DNA of 63,065 bases, the filler included, from an uncultured bacterium (lineage in GTDB: Bacteria; JAGOEH01), in the NCBI GenBank assembly GCA_964632485.1. It is 3 parts of 3 records of this genome, joined end to end, with 100 filler letters (N's around TTAATTAATTAA, not from the genome) between each part and the next. Parts side by side here need not be neighbours in the genome. Positions count along the whole stretch, not along the records: positions 1 to 27,200 come from CAZWDO010000035.1; positions 27,301 to 51,243 come from CAZWDO010000036.1; 1 more part is not named here. One strand, given 5' to 3'. The notes below the pieces were generated by a model. It was given only the letters and a program-made list of their open reading frames with translations, searched no databases and was not told where the DNA came from. Both the position numbers and the translations under genes were made by a program. This document shows, one piece after another, positions 26,077-35,928 of this stretch (the stretch's first letter is position 1; every line of letters starts with the position of its first letter).

Positions 26077-27018
26077 TTATTTAAATAGTGACTTGCGGAT
26101 GTGGCAATAGGGAGTAGTTCCCTTATTTTCATAATAATTTTGATGGTATTCTTCCGCCGGATAAAAAGGGTAAGCGGGCTCGATGAGTGTTGCAACTTTG
26201 TAACCATGATCGGTAAGCTGGTCGCTAATCTTTTGGGCAATTAGCTTTTGATGGGGATCAAGATAAAAGATGGCTGAACGGTATTGTTCTCCGATATCGG
26301 GACCCTGTCGGTTGATTTGAGTGAAATCATGAATTTCAAAGAATAGCTTGACGAGCGATTCATAGCTGATAAATTGGGGGTCGAAATAAACTTCCAGGGC
26401 TTCGGCGTGTCCAGTTGTTTTAGAGCATACATCTTTATAGGAAGGGTTTTCGAGCTTTCCGCCGGTATATCCGACCTGGGTGTCCAGAACTCCGGTTGTT
26501 TTTTGGAAATAGAATTCGACGCCCCAGAAGCATCCGGCGGCGAACAGCGCGCGTTGGGGCGCATGATCGAGGTGATGGGGGATGAAGTGGAGCGCGAGCG
26601 AATTGACACAGTGGCGCAAATTTTTATTTGTGAGCTGTTCCCCACGGAAAACATGTCCTAGGTGGCCTTTGCAATTGGCGCACAAAATCTCGGTTCGATG
26701 GCCGTCTCCGTCAGTTTGCTCGCGTACCGCTCCCGGAATTGCATCATCGAAACCAGGCCAACCGCAAGAGGTCGGGAATTTGTGATCTGAATAAAAAAGG
26801 GGCGCATTGCATTGTTTACAGATATAGGTGCCGGCTTGGAAATGCTGATTATAGAGGCCTGTGAATGGCGCTTCGGTGGCTTTTTGAAGTAAAATGCGCT
26901 CATCCTGGGGTATTAAAGGATTATAAATCATAGAAGAGTCCTCCTTGGCTGGACTTGAGTAATAGATAAAAAGTAGTAAAAAAAAGGGTAAAACACGGAA
27001 AAGGGTAGGTAATTTCAT
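26077..27018 (-). CDS. msrAB: bifunctional methionine sulfoxide reductase MsrB-MsrA with signal peptide
   Basis: MsrB: TEAPF, CGWPGF, HLGHVF, RHCVNS. MsrA: AGCFWG, GYTGG, QYRSAIF, AEEYHQNY. Confidence 0.95.
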   Translation of the reverse strand: MKLPTLFRVLPFFLLLFIYYSSPAKEDSSMIYNPLIPQDERILLQKATEAPFTGLYNQHFQAGTYICKQCNAPLFYSDHKFPTSCGWPGFDDAIPGAVREQTDGDGHRTEILCANCKGHLGHVFRGEQLTNKNLRHCVNSLALHFIPHHLDHAPQRALFAAGCFWGVEFYFQKTTGVLDTQVGYTGGKLENPSYKDVCSKTTGHAEALEVYFDPQFISYESLVKLFFEIHDFTQINRQGPDIGEQYRSAIFYLDPHQKLIAQKISDQLTDHGYKVATLIEPAYPFYPAEEYHQNYYENKGTTPYCHIRKSLFK

Positions 27019-27200
27019 GACAAACTCCTTTGCATAGGGGTTAAACTAATAAATAGAGACAAATGTTTCGATGATTGATAAAAAAAATAAAAAAATTAAT
27101 ATGAAGAGATACAAAAAGTTAAAGGAGATTTGTCAGGAATAAATTAAAAAAAGGTTAAGAAAGAGTAAAAAAGGACTTGACAAGAGGAGAGGAAATGATT

Positions 27201-27300
27201 NNNNNNNNNNNNNNNNNNNNNNNNNNNNNNNNNNNNNNNNNNNNTTAATTAATTAANNNNNNNNNNNNNNNNNNNNNNNNNNNNNNNNNNNNNNNNNNNN
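27201..27300. other. artificial contig-joining linker
   Basis: N run with embedded TTAATTAATTAA (stops in all six frames) at 27245-27256. Confidence 0.97.
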
Positions 27301-30068
27301 ACTGGCCGCGGTTTCAGTCAGTTCGCCGTTGCGGGCGACCGTTTCGAAGCGGTATGCGGTATTGGGCGTCAGACCGGTCAGCGTCAGGGGCGATGCCCAC
27401 TGAGCGGCGGTTTGCCAGACCTCGCCGGGAGCCAGGGCGCCGTTGGGCTGGACAAATTAGCCGCTGTGGGTTTCACGGATGCGGAATTCCGTGGGCGGCG
27501 GGTTGCCGTTGGTTTGCAGGCTCACGCTCAAGGAACGCCGCTGAAGATTGCCGAGGAGGGGCGCGCTGGGCGTGTTGGCCAGGGTCCAGAAATCGTCGCG
27601 GGCGCCATAGCTGTCCCCCGCGTCGCTGGTAGCATAGGCGCGCAGGCTGTAATGGCCGTTTACGTCCAGTCCGTTGAGATTCCGGGTGAAGGCGCCGACT
27701 CCATAATCGCCGGGTCCATCTTCCAACGTAGTGACCAGCGGATCGTTTTTGAGAAGATTCACGTCTCCGGCGTATTCCCAGTAGAGGATGCCGCGATGGG
27801 TGGCGTTGGCGCCGGTGACGGCGGTGATTTCGCCATGACCGTCGGCGGCGGTGGCGGTGATGCCGTCGGTGGCGCCGGTGGTGACTTCCGGAAAACCGAT
27901 GGTCGTATCCGACGCGACGCCGCTGATCGCTGTTTCCGCGTTCGCGCCGTTACGCGCCTGGACGCGAAAAGAATAGGACGCGCCATTGGCCAGTTCCTGA
28001 ACGACCACCGGCGCCCCCCAGGCGCTCAGGGAGCGCCAAACCGCTCCGGCGCCCAACGTGCCGTCGGCCTGGACATATTGGCCGCTCCCGGTTTCTTCGA
28101 TCCGGTATTCAGTAGTGGTGGGATTCCCGTCCGCGGCGAAAGCCAGATCGAGGGTAGTCGGAGTCGGGTTATTGACCGTAGGCGTTCCGGGCGCCTGGGC
28201 CAGGGTCCAGAAATCGTCGCGGGCGCCATAGGCGACGCCGACGCTGTTGGCAGCATGGGCGCGCGCGCTGTAGCGGCTGTTGACGTTCAGAGCGGCGATA
28301 TTGAACGAAAAAGTCCCCGGCCTAAACTGCCGCCCTCGGACAGATTGATCGTCCCGGGAGCGCCGATGGTTTCGTCGTTGGCGTTGTATGGCCAGTATAG
28401 GATGCCGCGATTGGAGGCGTTTTCCACATAGACCGCGATGATTTGGCCGTTACCGACGGCGCTGGTGGCGCCGATGGCGGAAGTGTAGGGGTTTTCGTCG
28501 CTGTCGTTGTTGGCGATGCTCAAGGTGGCCGAGCGGACGCCGCCGGCCAGGGGCGCGAAGCGGACGGTGAAGGTGGCGCCGCCGTTCCAGGCCGCAACCG
28601 GCGATACCGGTTGCGCGGTCACGACGAAATCGCCGGGATGCGCCCCGCTTACCGCTACCTTGGGCGTTCCGCTCAGGTTAAGGGCGATCGAACCGCTGTT
28701 GGCGATGGTAAAGGTACGTTCCAGCGAGGCGCCCACATCCAGATTGCCGAAATCGGTAAAATCAGCGACCGAAGGCGTATTGTCGCCGTTGCCAATCACT
28801 TGTCCGTTGCCACTGACCGCGATTTCCGCCCGCGCGGGAACCATGCGCGCCAGCGCATGATACACCGTTCCATCGAAATTATCGAATAACCCGGCAAATA
28901 GATATCCACCGTCGCTCTGTTCCGCGAATCGATAACAGTTCGGTGATTCCATATTGTTTTCACCCAATACGATATCCAGGCTGGCATCAGCGTTGACGCG
29001 CACGATATGGTTGGGCGCGCTAACGCCCTTATAGGTATTCAGTCCGCCGATAAAAAGCAGTATTTTATTATCGCCGAGCGCTTTGTGCGAAAAATATTGA
29101 GTCCCTATAGCGTCGGTGTTGAATGTGGCGTCGATGGCCCCGGTCGAGGTCAGCCGGGTGAGGCCTGTGGGACAATTCGCGCCGTTGTATTGCGTATAAG
29201 GACCGCCCACCAGAATTTTGCCGTCCGCGAGAACGGTCAGTCCGTACATGGTACTTTGGATGGATGAGTTGAAACCTGAGCCGCCGGGATTGAACGTATT
29301 GTCGAGCGATCCGTCGCTGTTCAGCCGCGCCAGACCATCGGGACAGTCGGCGCCCTTGTAGTTGGTTATCTGACCCGCGACCAGGTATTTTCCATCCGGC
29401 TGAACCGCGCAATTGAACGCGATCGTTCCCCCAAACCCCGTCGCATCGCCCGGATTGTAGGCACCATCGCGCGTGCCGTCGGAGTTCAAGCGCAGAAAAC
29501 AATCGGGGCAATTTTCTCCGTTGTAATTTTGGAACATGCCACAGACAATGATTTTTTGGTCGGGAAGTTCGATCGCTTTGGTAATTCGTTCGTCAAATCC
29601 GGCGCGATAGACGCCGGGCGAGGTGGCATTGAAATTCTCGTCGCGGGTGCCGTCGCTGTTCAACCGCGCCAGATATGGGGCGCTCACGCCGTTGTATTGT
29701 GTGAAATTGCCTCCTACCAGGATTTTTCCGTCGCTTTGAATTTCGATATCCTGAACGGCGCCGTTAAAACCAGAACCGCCAGCGTTGAAGGTGTTGTCCC
29801 ACGCGCCGTCGCTGTTGAGCCGAATCAGGCGGTCGGGGCAGTCGGCGCCGCCGTAAAGAGAGAAACTGCCGCCAATCAGGATTTTCCCGTCGTTTTGCAG
29901 GGCTATATCCTCTATCTCATCGCTGGTTGTCAATCCGGAGACTCCGCCATTGAACGTTAAATCGACCACATATCCCTGCCCGTGAAGCGGCGCGAAAACC
30001 AGCAGCCATAGCGCGGTCAACAGGGCCGCCGCGGAACTGATCGAGTGGGATTTTTGCGCGGAAAGCAT
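27301..30068 (-). pseudogene. large secreted surface protein (delta-60 repeat propeller, choice-of-anchor D domain, FnIII-like repeats), disrupted and running off the contig
   Basis: Repeats QxDGKILVGG / RLNSDG..D.TFN; IANNDSDENPY; two YGARDDFWTLA repeats; frameshift near 28320 and in-frame TAA at 27457-27459. Confidence 0.8.
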
Positions 30069-30335
30069 ATTCTTTCTCCTTGGTTTGTATAGTTGCTCGA
30101 TGCGGGAATGCCATGATGACGCCGGCCATCATCCCATCCCGCCCGGAGTTCGGAGAGCCGCCAGCCCTATCGCGCAGCGGACAGGCGATAACTGAACCCG
30201 TTGCGCACATCAGAGCTAATCGAGGTTGGCGATAATTCCGTTCTGTTGCGAATAAAGATGATGTATAGCCTATAACAGCATGATGGGGATATAGTTCCCG
30301 ACGCGAGACCGCATCGGGAATCAACATTTTAATTT

Positions 30336-30364
30336 AATATAATGCGGGAAAAAGTTTTTGTCAA
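30336..30364 (-). promoter_or_regulatory. sigma70-type promoter of the surface-protein gene
   Basis: TTGACA-N17-TATATT on the minus strand. Confidence 0.65.
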
Positions 30365-30559
30365 GAAGAAAATGATAAGTGAAATGATATAGAAATAATG
30401 CTTATTATGGGCGAATACAGAAAAAAATATTGATCCGATATTAAGTTAGTTATGTATCATGGAATTTGTTGGCGCAATAAAAAAGATGGGTTATTTTTTC
30501 CAGAAAGGTCAAGGGATTCTGAACCACGAAAGTCACGAACATCACGAAAGGAATCCAAA

Positions 30560-30750
30560 AAAAAAGAAAATAGATTTATCAATAGTTCAATAGGTTTAAC
30601 TGTATCAAAACCAACAGAATGACCAAATACTTCCTGCAAAGTAGATTTCCCTTTCATAGATGTACCGTTTTCGGTATTTGTCAAATGAGACCAAAACGGT
30701 AAATAATTAGCATCATCAATCTCATCTTCTGGGTATACTGCTAGCTTTAC
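30560..30750 (-). pseudogene. fragment resembling a type III Mod/N6 DNA methyltransferase internal segment
   Basis: WSHLTNTENGT...LQEVFGHSVGFDTVKPIELL resembles the Mod-type GT..LFG...FDxxKPxxLI segment; no intact gene. Confidence 0.4.
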
Positions 30751-30759
30751 AATACCATC

Positions 30760-31015
30760 AACTATTTATCCGGTCAATATATTCTGATTTTGGAACACCT
30801 TCGTCTTTAATGGGGCAATATAGACAAGACATTCAAGAATATTACCATTGAACTCGATTTTGTAGTATTTTTTTTTATCAAGATTAACCTCATTGTCAAC
30901 CGATATTTCATAGATAAGTCCTAAGATATAATCAATTTTTGAATCAAGGATATTTGCATATCCTCTACTGGATATAATCCATTTATATCCGGATAGTTTA
31001 CCCAGGTAGTGCATA
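30760..31015 (-). pseudogene. gamma-glutamylcyclotransferase (AIG2-like) remnant
   Basis: LSGYKWIISSRGYANI...GLIYEIS..NE.NLD; shifted frame continues DEGVPKSEYIDRIN; N-terminal YFAYGSN motif absent. Confidence 0.55.
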
Positions 31016-31295
31016 TTCCGGTAAAATGCGCCACGGATCCCGATTGAAATGCGCCATCTGAAGCAAAAAAATAGTTCCTCGCTGACAAGATAAAGAGCAA
31101 CACGAAAAAACGCAAGTTTTTTCTTCTTCTTTACTCTTTTCTTCTTCCTTTCCGAATAAATTTCAATAAAGTTTGTGGGTAGTGTAGATAACTCCGCCAG
31201 TTTTGGGCTTATGCTGGTGGAAATGCTGACCAGACAAATAAATGGAACAATTCGGAACGAACGGATTAATGGAACAAATGATGGTAGAACTCAGA

Positions 31296-32609
31296 TCAAT
31301 GGATGTCCGACAAAAACTCGGTTAGAGAGCGGCGGACTTTATTAGTTCCTAGAAAGTAGCCGATGGCGACATCCGGCGACAGGACGCCGGCACTGCGCAG
31401 GTATTCCACAAATAGGCGCAGATGGCGCGGAGTAGGCTGATAGTGGCCGGAATCGGCGTTGATTTCTCTGACTTTGCCCTGAGTAACGTTCATCATGCCC
31501 GCGCACTGGATTTTTTTCCCGGCGCCCAACGAGGAATGGTGCATTTTGAATTCAGCATGTTTCGCCATCCAGATGCAGCCGTTTATATCCCATACGTAGG
31601 CATAGCCCGGAAGTTTGATTTTCAAACTCAGCGGAGCATCAGAAGTGTCCATGACGCCTCCCTGGGGATCGTCCGAATCCAGGCTGTCTGCTTCCCAACA
31701 CATCAGTATTCCGGTCATGGATGGGTAAACGAGCTTCAATTCCTCGATCTCTTGATTATCATCCCCCCGGTACGGAACCGATCCTGAAACAATAACCTTC
31801 TCATCCCCTTCATACTGCCAGCCCCGGTGATATTCCGTCACAATCGGTCGGCCTTCCAGCCACAAGAGAAACGGAATTTCGTCTGGACTTTTTATCCAGC
31901 GGGCGAATTCACAAGAGAAGGCGGACTTTGTTTGCGTTCCTCCTAAATTCCATGAACCCCCGGGGTTTCTGTAAACTCTTTCGAATTCAAAGGCTCGATG
32001 CCAGGGATCGAGTTTTTCCATCACATCTCCCGTGCGCAAGGAGACTATGCCCATGCGTAACGTCCCGCCTCCCGGGTGGGGAATCATGACGATGTCGTTG
32101 ACTTGCGCGCGAGTCGAAAGATAAGTCAGGAAATCATTCTTATTCTTACCCATGGCGTTGCTAATGGCATTGTCCTCTTTTAGAAATTGTTTCAGCTTTC
32201 TCAGATAGGCCGCTTTCCGGTGCGCGCGTCGCGTGATTTTGGCAATCGCATAATCGAGGCTTCTTTTATCTTCCGGTTTGAAATTTAAATCATATTCGTC
32301 ATTGAATCGGCCGCTGAGATACATCTGCCCCGACTGGCTGATCTGAACGAGTAATGCGGCTCGCGACAACAACAAATTCTCATCTTGTTTTGCCAGGGCA
32401 TGGTAAGAGGGAATGATTTGGTTCAGTAACACGATGACATCACTCCTTGACGTGCGGCTTCCCGCTCCGCTGGCGGAACCTGTCGCTCTTCTGAAAAATG
32501 ACGAGATATGATGGGCACGTTGTTCTCTGGCGATGGCGCGGGCGTGTCGGCGCGTCACTTCCGTCCACCATGCAACAGGCGGGATATCCATCCATGGCAT
32601 TTCCTTCAT
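31296..32609 (-). CDS. hypothetical protein with IQM-family-like core (putative enzyme/toxin)
   Basis: SD AAGGAG; EKLDPWHR, PFLLWLE, YAYVWD, HHSSL.AG...AG, SGHYQP motifs. Confidence 0.7.
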   Translation of the reverse strand: MKEMPWMDIPPVAWWTEVTRRHARAIAREQRAHHISSFFRRATGSASGAGSRTSRSDVIVLLNQIIPSYHALAKQDENLLLSRAALLVQISQSGQMYLSGRFNDEYDLNFKPEDKRSLDYAIAKITRRAHRKAAYLRKLKQFLKEDNAISNAMGKNKNDFLTYLSTRAQVNDIVMIPHPGGGTLRMGIVSLRTGDVMEKLDPWHRAFEFERVYRNPGGSWNLGGTQTKSAFSCEFARWIKSPDEIPFLLWLEGRPIVTEYHRGWQYEGDEKVIVSGSVPYRGDDNQEIEELKLVYPSMTGILMCWEADSLDSDDPQGGVMDTSDAPLSLKIKLPGYAYVWDINGCIWMAKHAEFKMHHSSLGAGKKIQCAGMMNVTQGKVREINADSGHYQPTPRHLRLFVEYLRSAGVLSPDVAIGYFLGTNKVRRSLTEFLSDIH

Positions 32610-33312
32610 GAAAAACTCCTTTCAGAAAGATTCGACCCGGTATTTTACAATGAACGATTCTGGTACACCATGAATCGTTCAAAGTTGCGGCAATAGTTTC
32701 GGGTCAATGCGAGCGCCACATATTTATAAAATAATAGGATAATTATGCGAGTCAAGTAATTAATTATTTATAAATTTTATTTTGACAATAATTGCCATTC
32801 ATCATTTTTCATGCTATTTTAGCTTTATTTATTATGATAACTAAATGAAAAAACAAATCATCTCAGAACTTTTCAGAATTGTTACGTATATAGAACAATT
32901 TGAAAGTAGTTTACCATGCCTTCGAAGTCAATCCCAATATCAATTATTTGGTAAGGCTATGTGAAGATCAAAGTTTTATTATCGGCCTATGAACATTCAG
33001 TCAACACTTCCAATAGAGGTAATGGCAGAGGAATAAATTTCAATTGCATTTCGGGGACAACTGCCTGCCAACTGAAAATAATGCCAGTTCAATAAGATAT
33101 TTTATTTGTTTTTGAAATACTCTGAAATTTAATTACAAATTTCATAAAACAATCCCCTAAAAAGCTTAATTATACTACTAAATTATAAGATTTTATATCT
33201 TATCTCTACCTAATCGGAAATTAGACTTGACAATTCTGTAAGATTAAATTATTATTAATGATTAAACGATGTAAACCGAAAAACAGGCGCATAACTTTAG
33301 GGAGGTTCAGCC

Positions 33313-35058
33313 ATGGTAAAACGTGTATTTATATCCTGGATCGGAGAACATGACGTCAGAGACAATGCTTCGGGGAAAAAGGGGAATAGTCCCATTATAT
33401 CAATTCTACATTGGCGGCACTCTAACGGTATGCCTTTCTTTGACCATATTCATTTGATTTATAATGAAAAATATAAAAATAATATTCAGGGGTTTGAACT
33501 GCGGCTTGAATCTTTAACCCAAAAAATGACTGGCCAACCAAAACTCCATACAATTCAATTTATAGATAAACTCACTGACCCTTCCGACTATTCCCAAATT
33601 TACACCCAGGTGATTAATGAATTAAAACGGTATCAAAGTGAGGAATTGAATCAAAAGGATACGACCCATAAAGAAATCATTGAATACGAATGGCATTTCA
33701 ATCTTTCCTCGGGCACCAATGCGATGACCGTCATTTGGGTGCTTCTGAGCACTAATTATCGGAGAGTGTTGTACCACACCTGGCTGGATAAGGAATCGGG
33801 TGAAAGCAAGGTTAAAATTGTGGATTTGCCGTTTGATGTATCCTATCAGTTTATCGATAAAAAAGCCCGCAAGGACTATGATCAAAGCGTATTGATCGGC
33901 AGTTCTCCTCAGATTCAGGAGGTTAAACGACAAGCAGAAAAGTACCGCAAATATGACATCCCGGTTTTGATCCACGGGGAAACCGGCACGGGTAAAGAAA
34001 ATACCGCCAAGTTACTGGTCAATCCAGAGCACCTGGCTAATAAATTTTTTACCATCAATTGCGCGTGTTTTACGCCCACCTTGATTCAATCCGAGCTTTT
34101 CGGACATGAGAAAAATGCGTTTACCGATGCAAAAGAATTGCATAAAGGCATATTCGAAACTTACGACGAAGGCACGGTCTTTCTCGATGAGATTGGTGAA
34201 TTGAACCTGGAACTGCAAAGCAATTTATTACGGTTTATTGAATATGGCACTTTCACCCGGATGGGTGGTACGAAAGTGATTAAAAGCAATGTCAGGATTA
34301 TCGCCGCGACGAATCGCGATTTATTGGAATCCGTGAAAAATAGAGAATTTCGTGAGGACTTGTATTATCGGTTAAATATTGGTTATATTGAAATACCCCC
34401 CCTGAGGGAACGAGGTAATGACATTATCGAAATTGCGGAACATTTTCTCTCCGCCAACAATGAGGAATTTTCCAAGAAAGCCGGATACCAAATCAAGCAA
34501 TTTGACGCATCCGCCAAAGATTTTTTACTAAAATGCTACTGGAAGGGCAATGTTCGCGAGTTGATTCATACTCTGACCCGGTTATGCATCCATTACGACG
34601 ATAAGGCTATAATTACGGCGCCCATGATTAAACAGGAATTATGGAATTATACTGATGGCAAACCAAAACTGATCTACGCTCCCGAAAAACCAATCGATAC
34701 TCCAATCGATACTCCAACTGATACTCCAATAGATACCCCTCCCACCGAAGAATTGCAATCCAACTCTCCAGAACCCCAAAGCCCGATTATTGAAAAAAAT
34801 TTCTCTGAACAAGAGAAAGAGCCCAGTGAGGAAAAGTTGACGATATTATTTCCACTCCCCCACTCCACTCAAATATCTTTGGACGAAAACCCCAAATCCA
34901 TTGATCTGATGGCCGATCTGTACCATTTGGAATTATTGGCAATCAATCAGGCCGCTGAACTTAAAAAAACCAATACTGCCGCCAGCAACTTCCTGGGTTA
35001 CACCAATTATCAGACCATGCTCAATCACAAAATAAAGGCGGAAACCTATCTTAAATAG
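33313..35058 (+). CDS. sigma54-interaction (AAA+) transcriptional regulator with RtcR/CARF-like N-terminal domain
   Basis: N-terminal ISWIG..D and FNLSSGT; Walker A GETGTGKE; ELFGHEKNAFTDA; FLDEIGEL; FREDLYYRLN; WKGNVREL; C-terminal HTH. Confidence 0.85.
   Translation: MVKRVFISWIGEHDVRDNASGKKGNSPIISILHWRHSNGMPFFDHIHLIYNEKYKNNIQGFELRLESLTQKMTGQPKLHTIQFIDKLTDPSDYSQIYTQVINELKRYQSEELNQKDTTHKEIIEYEWHFNLSSGTNAMTVIWVLLSTNYRRVLYHTWLDKESGESKVKIVDLPFDVSYQFIDKKARKDYDQSVLIGSSPQIQEVKRQAEKYRKYDIPVLIHGETGTGKENTAKLLVNPEHLANKFFTINCACFTPTLIQSELFGHEKNAFTDAKELHKGIFETYDEGTVFLDEIGELNLELQSNLLRFIEYGTFTRMGGTKVIKSNVRIIAATNRDLLESVKNREFREDLYYRLNIGYIEIPPLRERGNDIIEIAEHFLSANNEEFSKKAGYQIKQFDASAKDFLLKCYWKGNVRELIHTLTRLCIHYDDKAIITAPMIKQELWNYTDGKPKLIYAPEKPIDTPIDTPTDTPIDTPPTEELQSNSPEPQSPIIEKNFSEQEKEPSEEKLTILFPLPHSTQISLDENPKSIDLMADLYHLELLAINQAAELKKTNTAASNFLGYTNYQTMLNHKIKAETYLK
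34690..34737 (+). repeat. 4 x 12-nt tandem repeat encoding PIDT/PTDT linker
   Basis: CCAATCGATACT CCAATCGATACT CCAACTGATACT CCAATAGATACC. Confidence 0.9.
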
Positions 35059-35344
35059 ATTGCTAGATATTCCCTATCGTGATAGACACTGCCACTTCCG
35101 ATTAATCATAAAAAATTGAACAGGATTTGCTGGAATCCGAGAAAAACTTACAATGATATTTGATTTAAAACCTGCCGATATCTCAGTGTTTAATAAATAC
35201 CCCTGTATTTTTTTTTCCAATTCCGCATTAGAGAAAATTCAGGATATTCCCGGGAAAGGAGGATTTGCTGTTTCTCTACTAGCGCTATCTAATGATTGTC
35301 TATCAAACCCTATCAAAAACCATATTTAAAAAAAGGCGGTAATT

Positions 35345-35575
35345 ATGGCAGAATGTGAATGTTTAGCAGCATGTCCATTTTTCAATGATAAGATGCCCAT
35401 CGAATCAGCAATTGGCAAAATGTATAAAACTAATTATTGTCTTGCGGATAATAAAAAATGCGCAAGATATATGGTTTTTAAAAAATTCGGAAAAGGGTCA
35501 GTGCCGTTAAATTTATATCCAAATATGGTAGATAGAGCCACCAAAATCATTTCCGGGGAAGAACCGCATGCATAG
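35345..35575 (+). CDS. small Cys-rich hypothetical protein (putative metal-binding)
   Basis: SD AAGGCGG; CxCxxxCPFF...YC-x6-CARY...VPLNLYPN. Confidence 0.75.
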   Translation: MAECECLAACPFFNDKMPIESAIGKMYKTNYCLADNKKCARYMVFKKFGKGSVPLNLYPNMVDRATKIISGEEPHA

Positions 35576-35672
35576 ATTTATTGGATAAAATTGTATGTAG
35601 ATCTAAAATTTAGTCTTCTTGCATTGGAGTAAACTCAATTTAAAGCGAACTGTTTTTTATAAAATTAGAAAT

Positions 35673-35701
35673 TTGACATTATCCGGGATTTCTATTATAT
35701 T
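35673..35701 (+). promoter_or_regulatory. sigma70-type promoter
   Basis: TTGACA-N17-TATATT upstream of the kinase gene. Confidence 0.65.
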
Positions 35702-35928
35702 CTAAATAATTAATCCGAATTTACTCAACCGGATTTGGACTCTTACTTGCGCTATTGCTGACCAAACAGTTGGCTGGTACAATCCGCATTGAACGAGTCG
35801 ATGAAACAAGGATGATTCTGGAAATTGACATATAATTTTATGGATACTTTCGGATCAAATTTTAACTAAAGATTGTATGGAGAATGAATATGCAGACCTT
35901 ACAACACGAATTGAAACAATAGGAGCCC

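Noticed and set aside
27245-27256. TTAATTAATTAA palindrome (also at 51288-51299) as a biological site
   Set aside because: It is embedded in N runs; this is a six-frame stop linker added during contig concatenation
27354-29960. Long plus-strand ORFs (27412-28431, 28443-28889, 29529-29960)
   Set aside because: Antisense shadows of the GC-rich minus-strand surface-protein gene
32845-32905. Short ORF MKKQIISELFRICYVY resembling a DinD N-terminus
   Set aside because: Too short to support a call
34690-34737. CRISPR-like or phase-variable repeat
   Set aside because: In-frame 12-nt coding repeats without spacers; no CRISPR array or cas gene is visible in the window
13555-35058. RtcR-like regulator and RtcB as one RNA-repair locus
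   Set aside because: They lie on different contigs separated by an artificial linker, and the rtcB operon has a sigma70-type rather than a sigma54 promoter
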